Below, piece after piece: positions 46,053 to 56,285 of a stretch of DNA of 64,000 nt. A program made the translations under genes and the position numbers. Source of the DNA: Bacillota bacterium (GTDB lineage Bacteria; Bacillota; Clostridia; Christensenellales; UBA3700); assembly GCA_023396095.1 (NCBI GenBank), contig JAEWXG010000027.1:14121-78120 (forward strand), in the 5' to 3' direction. The number at the start of each line of letters is the position of its first letter. Positions within the stretch are counted from its first letter, which is position 1. The notes under the pieces are model-generated. The model was not told the origin of the DNA and did no database searches. It saw only the letters and a list, made by a program, of their open reading frames with translations.

Positions 46053-46701
46053 TATTATTCATATTTTTGTATTTTTCTTTTGGCGCAAGACCTTCTCTTT
46101 TTTCTAAAACAGAAAATACATCTTGAGGTTCTATATTACAATTTTTCATTAATACTGCCACATGAAAAAATAGATCACCTATTTCTTCAGCCAATTCTTC
46201 TTTTTTATTTCCTATTGCTGCAATAACTGCTTCAGTAGATTCTTCACCCACTTTTTTACATATTTTTTCAACACCCTTGGTTAAAAGATAATTAGTATAA
46301 GAACCTTCCTTAGGATGAGCTGCTCTATCATTGATAGTATCAATAACATTAAAAAGAACCTTATAATCAGAATATGTATCCAAACAAACTAAGGATCTAT
46401 AAAAACAAGTTCTATTGTTTGTGTGACAAGCTGCACCAACCTGATCTATGATATAAATTAACGAATCACCATCGCAATCATACAAAATTTCATAAACTTT
46501 TTGAACATGATTAGATTCTTCGCCTTTCTTCCAAATTTTATTTCTAGATCTACTAAAATAATGCGCAAAACCTGTATCTATTGTCATTTGTAATGCTTCT
46601 TTGTTCGCATATGCTTGCATTAAAATTTCACCATTATTTTTATCTTGTGCTATTACTGGAATCAATCCATTTATATCAAATTTTAATTCATCAAACATCA
46701 T
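46030..46701 (-). CDS. hisI: Bifunctional phosphoribosyl-AMP cyclohydrolase / phosphoribosyl-ATP pyrophosphatase
   Basis: 223 aa. The N-terminal HisI part (GLIPVIAQD...CDGDSL...GAACHT) is fused to a HisE MazG-like part (EEIGDLFFHVAVLM). Confidence 0.92.
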   Translation of the reverse strand: MMFDELKFDINGLIPVIAQDKNNGEILMQAYANKEALQMTIDTGFAHYFSRSRNKIWKKGEESNHVQKVYEILYDCDGDSLIYIIDQVGAACHTNNRTCFYRSLVCLDTYSDYKVLFNVIDTINDRAAHPKEGSYTNYLLTKGVEKICKKVGEESTEAVIAAIGNKKEELAEEIGDLFFHVAVLMKNCNIEPQDVFSVLEKREGLAPKEKYKNMNNNEKVKLD

Positions 46702-47456
46702 TAAATCCTCACAACTATATTATTTTTAACCAAATAATCCTTCAACTCTTTTATATCCAGTTCTCTAAAATGGAATAATGAGGCAGCCAATGCTGCGTCA
46801 CAATTTGTTTTTGAAAAAACTTCTAAGAAATCTTCTTTTTTCCCTGCCCCGCCAGACGCAATTATCGGAATGGACAATTCTCTAGATAAAATGTTAGTAA
46901 TTTCAATATCATATCCAGATTTAGTCCCATCTTTATCCATACTAGTTAAAAGTATTTCTCCGGCACCTAATTTCTCTACTGTTTTCGCCCATTCAATAGC
47001 ATTTAACCCAGTATTAACTTTTCCACCATTGATAAAAACTTTATATTTATCATCAATTTTTTTAACATCGATTGCAACAACAATGCATTGTGACCCAAAC
47101 AAATCGGCTCCCTGCTTTATTAACTCAGGATCTTTTACTGCGCTTGAATTTATAGAAATTTTATCAGCACCCGCATATAAAATTTTTTTCATATCACTAG
47201 TTGATGAAATTCCTCCACCAATTGTCAATGGAATGAAGACCTCTTTTGCCGCCCTCGAAACAACATCAATCATAGCTAAACGCCCTTCATCTGTTGCACT
47301 AATATCAAGGAAAACTATTTCGTCTGCTCTAGAGTTATTGTATGCTTTAGCAATCTCAACCGGATCTCCTGCATCAGTTAAATTAACAAAATTTACACCT
47401 TTTACAACTCTACCGTTTTTAATATCCAAACAAGGAATAATTCTCTTCGCTAACAT
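46701..47456 (-). CDS. hisF: Imidazole glycerol phosphate synthase cyclase subunit
   Basis: 251 aa starting [20 protein letters not shown], with the canonical HisF (beta/alpha)8 sequence. Confidence 0.95.
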   Translation of the reverse strand: MLAKRIIPCLDIKNGRVVKGVNFVNLTDAGDPVEIAKAYNNSRADEIVFLDISATDEGRLAMIDVVSRAAKEVFIPLTIGGGISSTSDMKKILYAGADKISINSSAVKDPELIKQGADLFGSQCIVVAIDVKKIDDKYKVFINGGKVNTGLNAIEWAKTVEKLGAGEILLTSMDKDGTKSGYDIEITNILSRELSIPIIASGGAGKKEDFLEVFSKTNCDAALAASLFHFRELDIKELKDYLVKNNIVVRI

Positions 47457-48172
47457 TAATCCTCCAATTGTAAAGCCTCTTTTATATCGATCGTCCCATT
47501 ATAATATGCTTTACCAATTATGCATCCAAAAATATCCATTTTTTTTGCATTTTTAATATCATCAATATCCTTCAATCCTCCAGAAGCAATAACCTCAATC
47601 GAAAAATCTTTTTGCAATTTAGATGTTCTTTCTAAATTCATCCCTGAAAGCGTTCCATCTCTACTAATATCTGTATATATGTATCGTTGAATGCCAATAT
47701 TTTTTAATCTTTCGACTATGTCATTTAGAAAAATCTGCGAGTTATTATTCCACCCTTGCGTCATTATATATTCACCGTTTGCATCTATCCCGGCAACTAT
47801 TCTATTTGACCCAAACTCTTCAACAGCTTTTTTAACTAAATCGATATTAGTAACACATAATGTCCCTAAAACAATTTTATTAACATTTAAATCATTTAAA
47901 TAATACTGTATTTTTTCGTAAGACTTTATTCCTCCACCAACTTGCAATTCTAAGTTTAATTCTTTACGCATTGCTTTTATTAAATCATAGTTAACAGTAA
48001 CATCGCCAAATGCCCCATCTAAATCAACAATATGAAGCCTTTTTGCGCCACTTTCTTTATGTGACACAGCAATATCGATGGCATTTCCATAAATTGTTTT
48101 TTTGTTTCTATCGCCATGAATTAATCTAACTGCTTCATTATTTAATAAATCAATGGAAGGAAAAATAATCAC
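47456..48172 (-). CDS. hisA: ProFAR isomerase HisA
   Basis: The track start at 48187 is TTG. GTG at 48172 (GAGGT RBS, TAGTG overlap with the hisH stop) gives the canonical N-terminus (M)IIFPSIDL. Confidence 0.9.
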   Translation of the reverse strand: MIIFPSIDLLNNEAVRLIHGDRNKKTIYGNAIDIAVSHKESGAKRLHIVDLDGAFGDVTVNYDLIKAMRKELNLELQVGGGIKSYEKIQYYLNDLNVNKIVLGTLCVTNIDLVKKAVEEFGSNRIVAGIDANGEYIMTQGWNNNSQIFLNDIVERLKNIGIQRYIYTDISRDGTLSGMNLERTSKLQKDFSIEVIASGGLKDIDDIKNAKKMDIFGCIIGKAYYNGTIDIKEALQLED

Positions 48173-48774
48173 TATACTACCTCGCAAAAATTCTTCAATA
48201 ATCTTAAACCGCTATTCCCACTTTTTTCAGGATGAAACTGCACTCCAAAAACATTTTCTTTTTCAATCGCTGAGACAAACTTTATCCCATATTCAGTCTT
48301 TCCAATAGCCGCATCTTTTGATATTGCGTAATAACTATGTACAAAATAGAAATTCAAATCTTCTATATCTTGCAATAATTTGTTTTGTTTCAAAATTTCA
48401 ACTTGATTCCATCCTACGTGTGGCACTTTGTATGGAATATTTGTGAATGGTTGTATTTCTCCCTTAATAATTGATAGCCCTTGTGTTTCACCATTTTCAT
48501 ATCCCTTTTGATATAACATTTGCATTCCAAGACAAATACCTAAAAGTGGCTTCCCTTTTTTTGTTTCTTCTTTAATTACTGATAGTAAGGAAGTCTGCAA
48601 ATTCTGCATCCCCTTAGCAAATGACCCTACGCCAGGTAATATGATATGTGTTGCGTTTCTTATTTCACTTGTATCATAAGTAATAACATTATCCACCCCG
48701 ATACTAAATAAGGCATTAGACACACTACTTACATTACCAAGTCCATAATTTATAATGGCAACTTTTTTTTGCAT
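48172..48774 (-). CDS. hisH: Imidazole glycerol phosphate synthase glutaminase subunit
   Basis: 200 aa with GICLGMQ (catalytic Cys) and QFHPEKS motifs. Confidence 0.95.
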   Translation of the reverse strand: MQKKVAIINYGLGNVSSVSNALFSIGVDNVITYDTSEIRNATHIILPGVGSFAKGMQNLQTSLLSVIKEETKKGKPLLGICLGMQMLYQKGYENGETQGLSIIKGEIQPFTNIPYKVPHVGWNQVEILKQNKLLQDIEDLNFYFVHSYYAISKDAAIGKTEYGIKFVSAIEKENVFGVQFHPEKSGNSGLRLLKNFCEVV

Positions 48775-49350
48775 TTAAAGAACCCCTTTAGAAGATGGTA
48801 AACGATCTGACGTTATTTTTACTGCCATAGAAAGCGCTCTCGAAAAAGCTTTAAATATAGCTTCAATAACGTGGTGGTTGTTTTTCCCATACTTTAAATT
48901 AATGTGCAATGTCATACCTGCATTAAATGCTACGGCTTGAAAAAATTCATTAGCAAGCTCGTTATCAAATTCTCCTGTTTTCCCGTTTAAATCAACATTA
49001 AAAACAAAAAATGGTCTACCCGACAAATCTAAAACAACTTCTGCAAGTGTTTCGTCCATAGGCAATAGCATACTGCCATATCTATTAATCCCAACTTTAT
49101 CTCCCAATGCTTCTTTAATGGTTTTTCCTAAAACAATACCTATATCTTCTACTGAATGATGGAAATCAACGTTAATATCACCTTTGCATTCTACATTTAA
49201 ATCAAAGCTACCATGTACAGCAAATAATTCTAACATATGATCTAAAAAGCCAATTCCTGTGTTAATTGTATTTTTACCGGTCCCATCTAAATTAAGGTAA
49301 ATCTTAATATCTGTTTCTTTTGTCGTTCTTTTAATAGTTGATTCTCTCAT
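48775..49350 (-). CDS. hisB: Imidazoleglycerol-phosphate dehydratase (monofunctional HisB)
   Basis: 191 aa with [17 protein letters not shown] and HHSVEDIGI motifs. Confidence 0.95.
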   Translation of the reverse strand: MRESTIKRTTKETDIKIYLNLDGTGKNTINTGIGFLDHMLELFAVHGSFDLNVECKGDINVDFHHSVEDIGIVLGKTIKEALGDKVGINRYGSMLLPMDETLAEVVLDLSGRPFFVFNVDLNGKTGEFDNELANEFFQAVAFNAGMTLHINLKYGKNNHHVIEAIFKAFSRALSMAVKITSDRLPSSKGVL

Positions 49351-50648
49351 TATTCCTCCCTTACAACTGCAGAAAAAGCATGTGAATATAGCCCTTCCGA
49401 TTCAGCCAATAATTTAATATCGCTCTTTACTCCGTTAAATGCATCTTGATTATATTCAATCAAACTAATACGCTTTAAAAATGTCGAAATTGATAAAACA
49501 GAAGAAAATTTTGCAGCTCCTGATGTTGGCAAGCAATGTGATGGTCCAGCAATATAGTCACCTACAACTTCTGGTGAATATGGGCCTACAAAAATTGCCC
49601 CAGCATTGTTAATCTGTCTAATAGCATTAGGTATTTCTTCGGATGATATTAGTAATTCAAGATGTTCTGGTGCTATTAAATTAGACATTGAAATTGCCTC
49701 TGAAATATTATTTACAATAATGAATGCTCCATTATTAGTTAATGACTTTTTAATAATTTCATAACGTTTCGAATTATTTTTAGCATACTCGTTAATATAT
49801 TTATTAATTTCTAACAAAATTTTTTCATTTGTCGTTACTAAATATGATGCCGCATTTTCATCATGTTCGGCTTGCGCCAACATATCGGCTGCAATAAACT
49901 TTGGATTTGCTGTTTCATCGGCAATGATTAAAACTTCAGATGGCCCAGCAACCATATCTATACCTACGTCACCATAAATTTGCTTTTTTGCTTGTGCTAC
50001 ATACATATTACCAGGGCCAACTATCATATTTACTTTCTCAACAGATTTTGTGCCATATGCAAGTGCAGCAACAGCATGAGCCCCGCCCATTACATAAATT
50101 TTCTTTATTCCAGCTATCTTTGCCGCAAGCAAAATTAATGGGTTATCTAGATTTGGAGTGCACATAACTATCTCTTTAACATTAGCAACTTGTGCAGGAA
50201 TTGCACACATTAGCACAGTTGAAGGGTATGATGCCTTTCCTCCTGGCACATAAACTGCAACTTTATCAACAGGAACATATTTCCATCCAAGTTTTGCACC
50301 ATTAGAAATAGAAACTGTTGCCTTATGATCTTCTATAATTTGGAATGTATGATATTCTCTAATTTTTTTTGCTGCTTTTTTTAACGACTTTTCAAGATTT
50401 TTGTCTATGTTAGAATTTTGAATAATTTCATCAATATCTTTTTCATCCAAAATAAACTTTGAATCTTGTGCCAACTTGTCAAATTTTTCTCTATATTCAA
50501 AAAGAGTTTTGTCACCTTTATCTCTCACATCTTGAATTATATTTTTCACATCAAGAGCTACTTTTGAAGAACAAATTTGTCTTGAAATAAATATTGGTGA
50601 AATATCATCTTTGTTGTAATAATATTTTTTAACAACTATTTCTTCCAT
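49350..50648 (-). CDS. hisD: Histidinol dehydrogenase
   Basis: 432 aa with the AQAEHDENA and PEHLEL motifs typical of HisD. Confidence 0.95.
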   Translation of the reverse strand: MEEIVVKKYYYNKDDISPIFISRQICSSKVALDVKNIIQDVRDKGDKTLFEYREKFDKLAQDSKFILDEKDIDEIIQNSNIDKNLEKSLKKAAKKIREYHTFQIIEDHKATVSISNGAKLGWKYVPVDKVAVYVPGGKASYPSTVLMCAIPAQVANVKEIVMCTPNLDNPLILLAAKIAGIKKIYVMGGAHAVAALAYGTKSVEKVNMIVGPGNMYVAQAKKQIYGDVGIDMVAGPSEVLIIADETANPKFIAADMLAQAEHDENAASYLVTTNEKILLEINKYINEYAKNNSKRYEIIKKSLTNNGAFIIVNNISEAISMSNLIAPEHLELLISSEEIPNAIRQINNAGAIFVGPYSPEVVGDYIAGPSHCLPTSGAAKFSSVLSISTFLKRISLIEYNQDAFNGVKSDIKLLAESEGLYSHAFSAVVREE

Positions 50649-50650
50649 AA

Positions 50651-51295
50651 CTATATATTTTCCTTAATTAAATTTACAATTTTTAAAATGTTTTCTTTTG
50701 TTTTCAAGCTTACTTTATTGCAAATCAATCTTGCACTAACATCATATATTTCTTCTAAAACAACCAAATCGTTTTCCTTTAATGTCTTGCCAGATTCAAC
50801 AATATCAAAAATGACATCTGAAAGCCCCATGATTGGTGCGATCTCTATTGACCCATTTAATTTAATTATTTCGATATTTTGATTCCTTGCATTAAAAATT
50901 TTTTTAGCAGTATTTGAATATTTAGTCGCAACTCTTAAATTAGTTGCCTTATTATTAACAATCGTATCTGGATACCCAGCAATACACAACTTACACTTCC
51001 CAAATTTTAAATCAAGTAATTCATAAACCTGTTTATCTTCTTCCAATAAAGTATCTTTTCCACATACGCCAATATCTGCAATACCATATTCAACATACGT
51101 TGGAACATCAGTTGGCTTCACAAACATAAATGAAAGTTTATAATCTTCAATATCAAAAATCAATTTTCTTGATGGCTCCAAAACGCTAGAACATTTTATA
51201 CCACTTTTTTCTAAAAGTTCTACAGTTTTTTCAGCCAATCTCCCCTTTGCTAGCGCTACAACAATTCTGTTGGATAAATTAATTTTTGACGACAT
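50651..51295 (-). CDS. hisG: ATP phosphoribosyltransferase, short form
   Basis: Start placed at ATG 51295, 4 nt after the hisZ stop and with an AAGGGG RBS. This gives MSSKINLSNRIVVALAKGRL. The short HisG form fits the presence of hisZ. Confidence 0.9.
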   Translation of the reverse strand: MSSKINLSNRIVVALAKGRLAEKTVELLEKSGIKCSSVLEPSRKLIFDIEDYKLSFMFVKPTDVPTYVEYGIADIGVCGKDTLLEEDKQVYELLDLKFGKCKLCIAGYPDTIVNNKATNLRVATKYSNTAKKIFNARNQNIEIIKLNGSIEIAPIMGLSDVIFDIVESGKTLKENDLVVLEEIYDVSARLICNKVSLKTKENILKIVNLIKENI

Positions 51296-51299
51296 GCTA

Positions 51300-52502
51300 C
51301 TACCCCTTAACTTTAAGAACATTATTATCTTTAGTTAAATAAATATATTCTTCTGCATCAATTAGACTTTTCGATTCTTGCTTAAACTGTTCATAATTTT
51401 CAATATATGTATCAAAAACACTTTTACCTGTTTTGTTAATAATATCGTCAATAAATTTTGATGCCTCGTCAATTACTTCCTCATCATATCCAATTGCTAT
51501 ATCAACTTGCTTAATTGCTGGAAGTTGATTTAACTTACTTAAAACAGTAAGCAATCTATCTACACCAAATGCAGCACCAAATGCATTAATATTATTTCCG
51601 AATGTATTTTTGCATAAACTATCATATCTTCCACCAGCTAAAAATGAAGCGCCATAATCTTTTGTCATACCTTTAAAAATTACGCCAGTGTAATAATCAA
51701 ACGCACTAACTAAACCAAAGTCAAAAACTATGTATTTAGATAATCCCAATTTTTCAAAATATTTATACAATAGTTCAAGACGATTAATTGCCTCTATAGC
51801 TTCATTATTAATTGCAAGATCTTTTGCTTTTTTAAATATATTTTTATCACCAAACATTGTAGGGATAGCTAATATAAATTCCTTTTCTGTTTTATTAAGT
51901 TTTAAACTATCACAAATAGTCTCAAGTGAAGTTAAATCTTTCTTTTGTAAAGCTTCTTTTAATAAAAGGCATTCGTTGTTTTTAATATTTAATATTTTAA
52001 AAAATGCATTAACATATTCAACATTCCCTATTTCAATAACAAAATCTTTTATACCTAGCAAATTAATACTTTCAATGCACAATTTAATAACTTCCGCATC
52101 TATTCTATAATCACCTAACCCAAACACTTCTATTCCCGTTTGTGTAAACTCTCTTAATTCATTTAACTTATTATCAAAATTAAAAGCGCGCCCTTTATAC
52201 GTCAAGCGTATTAAAGGTTTTTCATCCAGTTTTGTTGATACAACTCTAGAAATCCCAGATGTCATATCTGGTCTAAGTGCTAATATACTTCCATCGCTAT
52301 CAATAAATTTAAATAACTTATTTGAATCGATAATTGGCTGATCTCCATTAAACATTGAATAGTATTCAATAGTTGGTGTTTCTATTAATGAATATCCTTT
52401 AAGCATAAAATTATTGACAAGTATCTCTTCAATTTTATTCTTGTAATATGCTTCTGATGATATATAATCTAAAAGTCCATTTGCCGTTTTATATCCAGAC
52501 AT
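51300..52502 (-). CDS. hisZ: ATP phosphoribosyltransferase regulatory subunit (HisRS paralog)
   Basis: 400-aa HisS-like class II fold without an anticodon-binding domain, located immediately upstream of short hisG. Confidence 0.88.
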   Translation of the reverse strand: MSGYKTANGLLDYISSEAYYKNKIEEILVNNFMLKGYSLIETPTIEYYSMFNGDQPIIDSNKLFKFIDSDGSILALRPDMTSGISRVVSTKLDEKPLIRLTYKGRAFNFDNKLNELREFTQTGIEVFGLGDYRIDAEVIKLCIESINLLGIKDFVIEIGNVEYVNAFFKILNIKNNECLLLKEALQKKDLTSLETICDSLKLNKTEKEFILAIPTMFGDKNIFKKAKDLAINNEAIEAINRLELLYKYFEKLGLSKYIVFDFGLVSAFDYYTGVIFKGMTKDYGASFLAGGRYDSLCKNTFGNNINAFGAAFGVDRLLTVLSKLNQLPAIKQVDIAIGYDEEVIDEASKFIDDIINKTGKSVFDTYIENYEQFKQESKSLIDAEEYIYLTKDNNVLKVKG

Positions 52503-52511
52503 TTTATCCTC

Positions 52512-53996
52512 TTAATATAGTTCTCTGATCTTTAAGTTCCCACCAGTAATCAAAACCATCTTTAACGCAGGTAGAGAATATGATTGCAATCTTACATCAA
52601 GAGGTTTTGTTAATTCACCTTTTGCGTGTAACTCAACAAATGTAACATCAGAATCAATAAGTTTTCTGCTTTTTAAACTTGTTAAAGTAACACTCTCGTA
52701 AGGTTTATATGCTTCTTCTAAGTCACCTGTATTAACTATTGCTACTTTCTTCTCATATTGAGAAATATTAATATTAACAACCTCTTTATTTTGACTTGCA
52801 AGTTTTTCTGCTAACTCGTCACTAATATAATTTGCTGTTTCATTAGCTCCAACTTGTCCAACAATAATGTCTTCACAGTTTTCTCTAACCAATGTTGAAA
52901 AATGTAATGGCCCATTATATTCTGAATAATCTTTTGCAATATATCTTTTTGATTTTTCTACAAAAATTTTATCCATTAAAATACCGAATAGAACTCCTGC
53001 ATTTTTCACACCTCTTTCAGATTTCACTTTAACTGTCATTGGTACTTCTTGATAAGCTTTTCTGTCTCCTTCATTAACTTGGAAATATTTATAATAGTTA
53101 AATTCATCTGGATTTAAATTTATATGCAATTTAATAATTTTTCCGTTAATGGTAATCTTTGCTAGCAAGTCTCCTCTATACTTAAATGACTCACAAGAAT
53201 GTGAAATTCTTGAACGTACACCTTTATAACTTAAAAATTCATTCTTAAGTTCTGAATATAAATCTCTTTGTTTTTTATCTAATACTGAGAATTTTGTTAA
53301 GAAATGTCTCTTTATAGCCTCTCTCTTTAGTTTTCCAGATCCAACCATTGCAACTGCAGAAGTATCAAAATCCTCTTCTTCCTCTTGAACTTCTTCATTA
53401 ACAACTTCTTCCTCTTCTTCTTCCTCTTCTTCCTCTTCTAAATTTACAAAAATTGGAGCAAAATATACATCGTCGTGTCTAAACATCCCAGAAATAAATT
53501 TCGTTTTATTTGGATGAGTTTCAATAGGCGCATCATCTAGTTTTTCTTCTTCATTTAATTCTTCTATAACAACTGGCTCTTCTACCACTTCCTCTTTTAC
53601 TATCTCGTCTTCAACAAGTGGCTCATCTTCTTTTTCTTGTAAAATCTCTTCTTTTGTAACTTCTTCATCAGCAATATTTACCGGTTCAATATTTATAACT
53701 TCACTATCATCTTTTTCTTGATTCTTTTTATAAATTTTTTCAGCATCAGCTTTATTCTCTAAAATTTCAGCTTTATTTTTCGCCTTTTTACGATGAAAAA
53801 TCAAAACAAATATTAGCGTAAAAATAAAAACTATTAACAAAACAGGTAAAACAAATTTTAAAATTGCAAAAACACTTGTTATAATTCCACTTGCAGCATC
53901 TTCTGCATTAATTGTCATTATTAAGTTAACAAAAACTGATAAAAATGCTAAAACAGCAACGAAAAATCCACATACAATCTTTAAACTTTTTTTCAT
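52512..53996 (-). CDS. Membrane-anchored acidic protein of unknown function, with a uL15-like C-terminal segment
   Basis: 494 aa with two N-terminal TM helices and an E-rich linker containing an EEEEEEEEEEE run. The C-terminus (AKGELTKPLDVRLQSYSLPALKMVLITGG) resembles the ribosomal L15 C-terminal fold. Its stop lies inside the hisZ RBS. Confidence 0.6.
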   Translation of the reverse strand: MKKSLKIVCGFFVAVLAFLSVFVNLIMTINAEDAASGIITSVFAILKFVLPVLLIVFIFTLIFVLIFHRKKAKNKAEILENKADAEKIYKKNQEKDDSEVINIEPVNIADEEVTKEEILQEKEDEPLVEDEIVKEEVVEEPVVIEELNEEEKLDDAPIETHPNKTKFISGMFRHDDVYFAPIFVNLEEEEEEEEEEEVVNEEVQEEEEDFDTSAVAMVGSGKLKREAIKRHFLTKFSVLDKKQRDLYSELKNEFLSYKGVRSRISHSCESFKYRGDLLAKITINGKIIKLHINLNPDEFNYYKYFQVNEGDRKAYQEVPMTVKVKSERGVKNAGVLFGILMDKIFVEKSKRYIAKDYSEYNGPLHFSTLVRENCEDIIVGQVGANETANYISDELAEKLASQNKEVVNINISQYEKKVAIVNTGDLEEAYKPYESVTLTSLKSRKLIDSDVTFVELHAKGELTKPLDVRLQSYSLPALKMVLITGGNLKIRELY

Positions 53997-54040
53997 TTTA
54001 TAACTCCAATATTAAACGCGCATATAGTAAATTAATATTT

Positions 54041-54049
54041 ATTATAGCA
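54041..54049 (-). promoter_or_regulatory. Possible extended -10 promoter (TGcTATAAT) for the orf494-his transcription unit
   Basis: The minus strand reads TGCTATAAT about 40 nt upstream of the ATG at 53996. No convincing -35 element. Confidence 0.4.
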
Positions 54050-54417
54050 TAATATACAGGAATATATATATAATATTACTAGCGAATCTACATAAAAATT
54101 AACTATAAAGTTATAAAAGTCATACTTTAAGATAGTTATTCTCAAAAAAATCTATAAAACATATCACCCTTGCGTCAAATATTGAATACATTTTTTAACT
54201 TTTTACCTTAACATCTAAAACTTGAAGTAAATTTTTTGTACTTCCAGTTACCATAACTAATTCTAATCAACATCTATATAACTATGATTTCTTAGATAAT
54301 AATAAAAAAATTAGCTAGAAAAATTTGTAGTCAAAATTTTTGACCACAAAATCATTAAATTGTTTTTACTTAACTACAGATAAACATATCTTTTTTTATC
54401 ATAGTAATGACTTACTT

Positions 54418-54977
54418 TTATTTAGAGCTATCCAATTTACTCCTTTGAAGGAATTCTGTAAATGAATTTGCTCCTATTTTTCTTCTTTTCTCTAACATGC
54501 TTGCCCAAATGGTATTACCCTCTTTTTCTGTGATTAGCTCTTTTTGAAAAGTTTCAACTAATATGTCTCTTGTTGTAACATGTTTTAATGAATACTTGTT
54601 TACATAACAGATAATATCTCTAAGGTTATTACTTCCTAAAACTCCGTTATGCTTTTTTGCAAGAGATATGGATGCTGCTTCCCCACTACCAATCACCTTA
54701 TTCCCTCCGGAATTAGTTGTCAGTTCTCTATATAAGGCATATTCTTCTGAGCTAATATCCATACTCATTACAATAGCTGCACCATTTACTATAAGTGTTG
54801 ATTTATTCTGGTTTTTAAATGCGGAATTGCTGGTCTATCAATTTCATTATAAACTTCTTTGGAAATAACAATTTTACTCGGAAAAATCTTTTCCAACAAA
54901 CTTCCCTCATTAATCCATAAAAATGCACAGATGCAGTCAGTGTCAAAAAATATAGAATCAGTCAAGAGGCATCTCAT
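54418..54977 (-). pseudogene. PIN-like nuclease toxin gene, frameshifted
   Basis: Two ORFs (54789..55016 and 54418..54768) join into one PIN-like protein if one frameshift near 54786..54795 is corrected: ...FFDTDCICAFLW...KTRINQH / IVNGAAIVMSMDISSEEY...GSGEAASISLAKK...SNNLRD. Confidence 0.65.
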
Positions 54978-55709
54978 CTCTATCAATTCCATATACAATA
55001 TCATCTCTAAAAGCATCTAGTAACAAAACTTCGTATTTGCTTTGTGATATTATTCCTTTTTCCAACAGTTTCTCGGATGATGTAATATAGCTACCGAGAA
55101 CTATACTTTTTTATTTTCATGTGATAGGCGATAAAGAGTTTATCATATCCTAATTTAGCTGCAATCTCTATAATACCAACTTCCATATCTTCAATTTGTT
55201 CGATTCTAAGATATCCCTCATTTAATAATCTATGTATCTCAGCTTTGTGACTTATGCCATAATATTGTTCTATTCTGATTACTTCTTCAACAGTAAGCTC
55301 TTTGCTATTCTTATTTTCTTTTATGCCTTTAACCATATCATACAAGGAAGAAGAAGGAATTAAAAAATAAGAAGCAAATTGGTCTGCTTTTTTCATTCTC
55401 ATCACCACTCCCAATCATAATACGACTAACTGCATTAACAGTTGAATCATCAAAATACAAATGATACAACTCGTGCGCTAAAGAGAATCTTTGTCTTCCA
55501 ACAGACATACCTGAATTTATAACTATAACATTGGAAGTTTTTCCTTTGTAATACACACCACTAATGTTAGTAGCAAGCGGATAAAAAACAATAGTTAAAT
55601 TTTCTATTTTTTGAACCAACTTAAAAATATCAACAGGTGATTCCCCTTCTTCTCATAATCTTCTTCTAAGATTAGAGGCTTTGTTACTCAAATCCATTTT
55701 GTCAATCAT
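54958..55709 (-). pseudogene. ImmA/IrrE-family (COG2856) zinc metallopeptidase gene, with one nonsense mutation and at least two frameshifts
   Basis: Its ATG at 55709 overlaps the XRE stop (ATGA). There is an in-frame TGA at 55653..55655. The HExxH motif SLAHELYHLY is present. The reading frame breaks near 55400 and 55090. The C-terminal piece ...DRDEMPLD overlaps the PIN start. Confidence 0.65.
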
Positions 55710-56053
55710 TTGCATCCCTCCAACATCTTATCCATTTCAAATTGATTCAATACAATTTTATTGATAGTAGCTAAGGATTTAAGGTCATCAGATGTTAAAT
55801 CACTTATTTTAAATGAAACCATGCACTTTTGTTCCTGATTTACTCCAAACAAAATATAATCTACTGTACAACAAAATAGAGCCGATAATTTCTCAATTAC
55901 ATCTGAAGTTATATTTCTTTCTCCCTTTTCCATTTTTGCAATCATACTTTGATCTAATGATAAATATTATGCAATCTTAGTTTGAGTAAGTTTGGATTCC
56001 TCTCTAAGGGATTTAATTCTTTTCCCGATTTCAATTAAACTCATCATATCCAT
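55706..56053 (-). pseudogene. XRE-family HTH regulator gene with an in-frame TAA at codon 29
   Basis: AGGAGG RBS then ATG at 56053. Translation: MDMMSLIEIGKRIKSLREESKLTQTKIA*YLSLDQSMIAKMEKGERNITSDVIEKL... The stop at 55967..55969 interrupts the HTH. Confidence 0.7.
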
Positions 56054-56081
56054 TACCTCCTGCAACTTTGTTTACTCACAC

Positions 56082-56109
56082 ATTATAGTAGAGTTTGTCA
56101 TAAAGTAAA
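56082..56109 (-). promoter_or_regulatory. Putative promoter of the XRE-ImmA-PIN module
   Basis: The minus strand reads TTTACT, a 16-nt spacer, then TATAAT, about 28 nt upstream of the XRE ATG. Confidence 0.4.
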
Positions 56110-56211
56110 TGCTTCAATTCTATTATTTTATGATTTAACTATAATGGCAAGCATCCCTATTAGAACATATAGGCAGTTATCTCAATTTAAAAATATCACA
56201 AAAAATAATTG

Positions 56212-56236
56212 AGGTGGAATCCCACCTTTTTTATTT
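56212..56236. terminator. Hairpin terminator after ilvB, related to the 45.2-kb hairpin repeats
   Basis: AGGTGG, aatc, CCACCT, followed by TTTTTTATTT, preceded by an A-rich tract. Same GGTGGAATYCCRCC core as 45185..45200 and 45262..45277. Confidence 0.6.
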
Positions 56237-56285
56237 AAATTGAAAAATTTATGTAATTAAGTAATACATATAAACAGCAAAAAGC

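Noticed and set aside
46870-47556. 228-aa plus-strand ORF
   Set aside because: It lies entirely antisense to hisF/hisA, which have unmistakable protein sequences. It has no RBS and a low-complexity S/I/L/P-rich composition typical of antisense frames in AT-rich DNA.
53371-53440. Repetitive GAA/GAG tract (CTTCTTCCTCTTC on the plus strand) that could be taken for a tandem repeat or CRISPR-like periodicity
   Set aside because: It is the coding sequence for a poly-Glu run (EEEEEEEEEEE) inside the 494-aa ORF. It is codon-level low complexity with no spacer/repeat structure.
55653-55655. In-frame TGA in the ImmA-like gene as a hint of TGA=Trp (genetic code 4) or selenocysteine
   Set aside because: All long housekeeping ORFs, including the 1,937-aa gene, are intact under the standard code with TGA as stop. 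The same gene also carries frameshifts and its neighbours carry TAA and frameshift lesions, so this is simple pseudogenisation.
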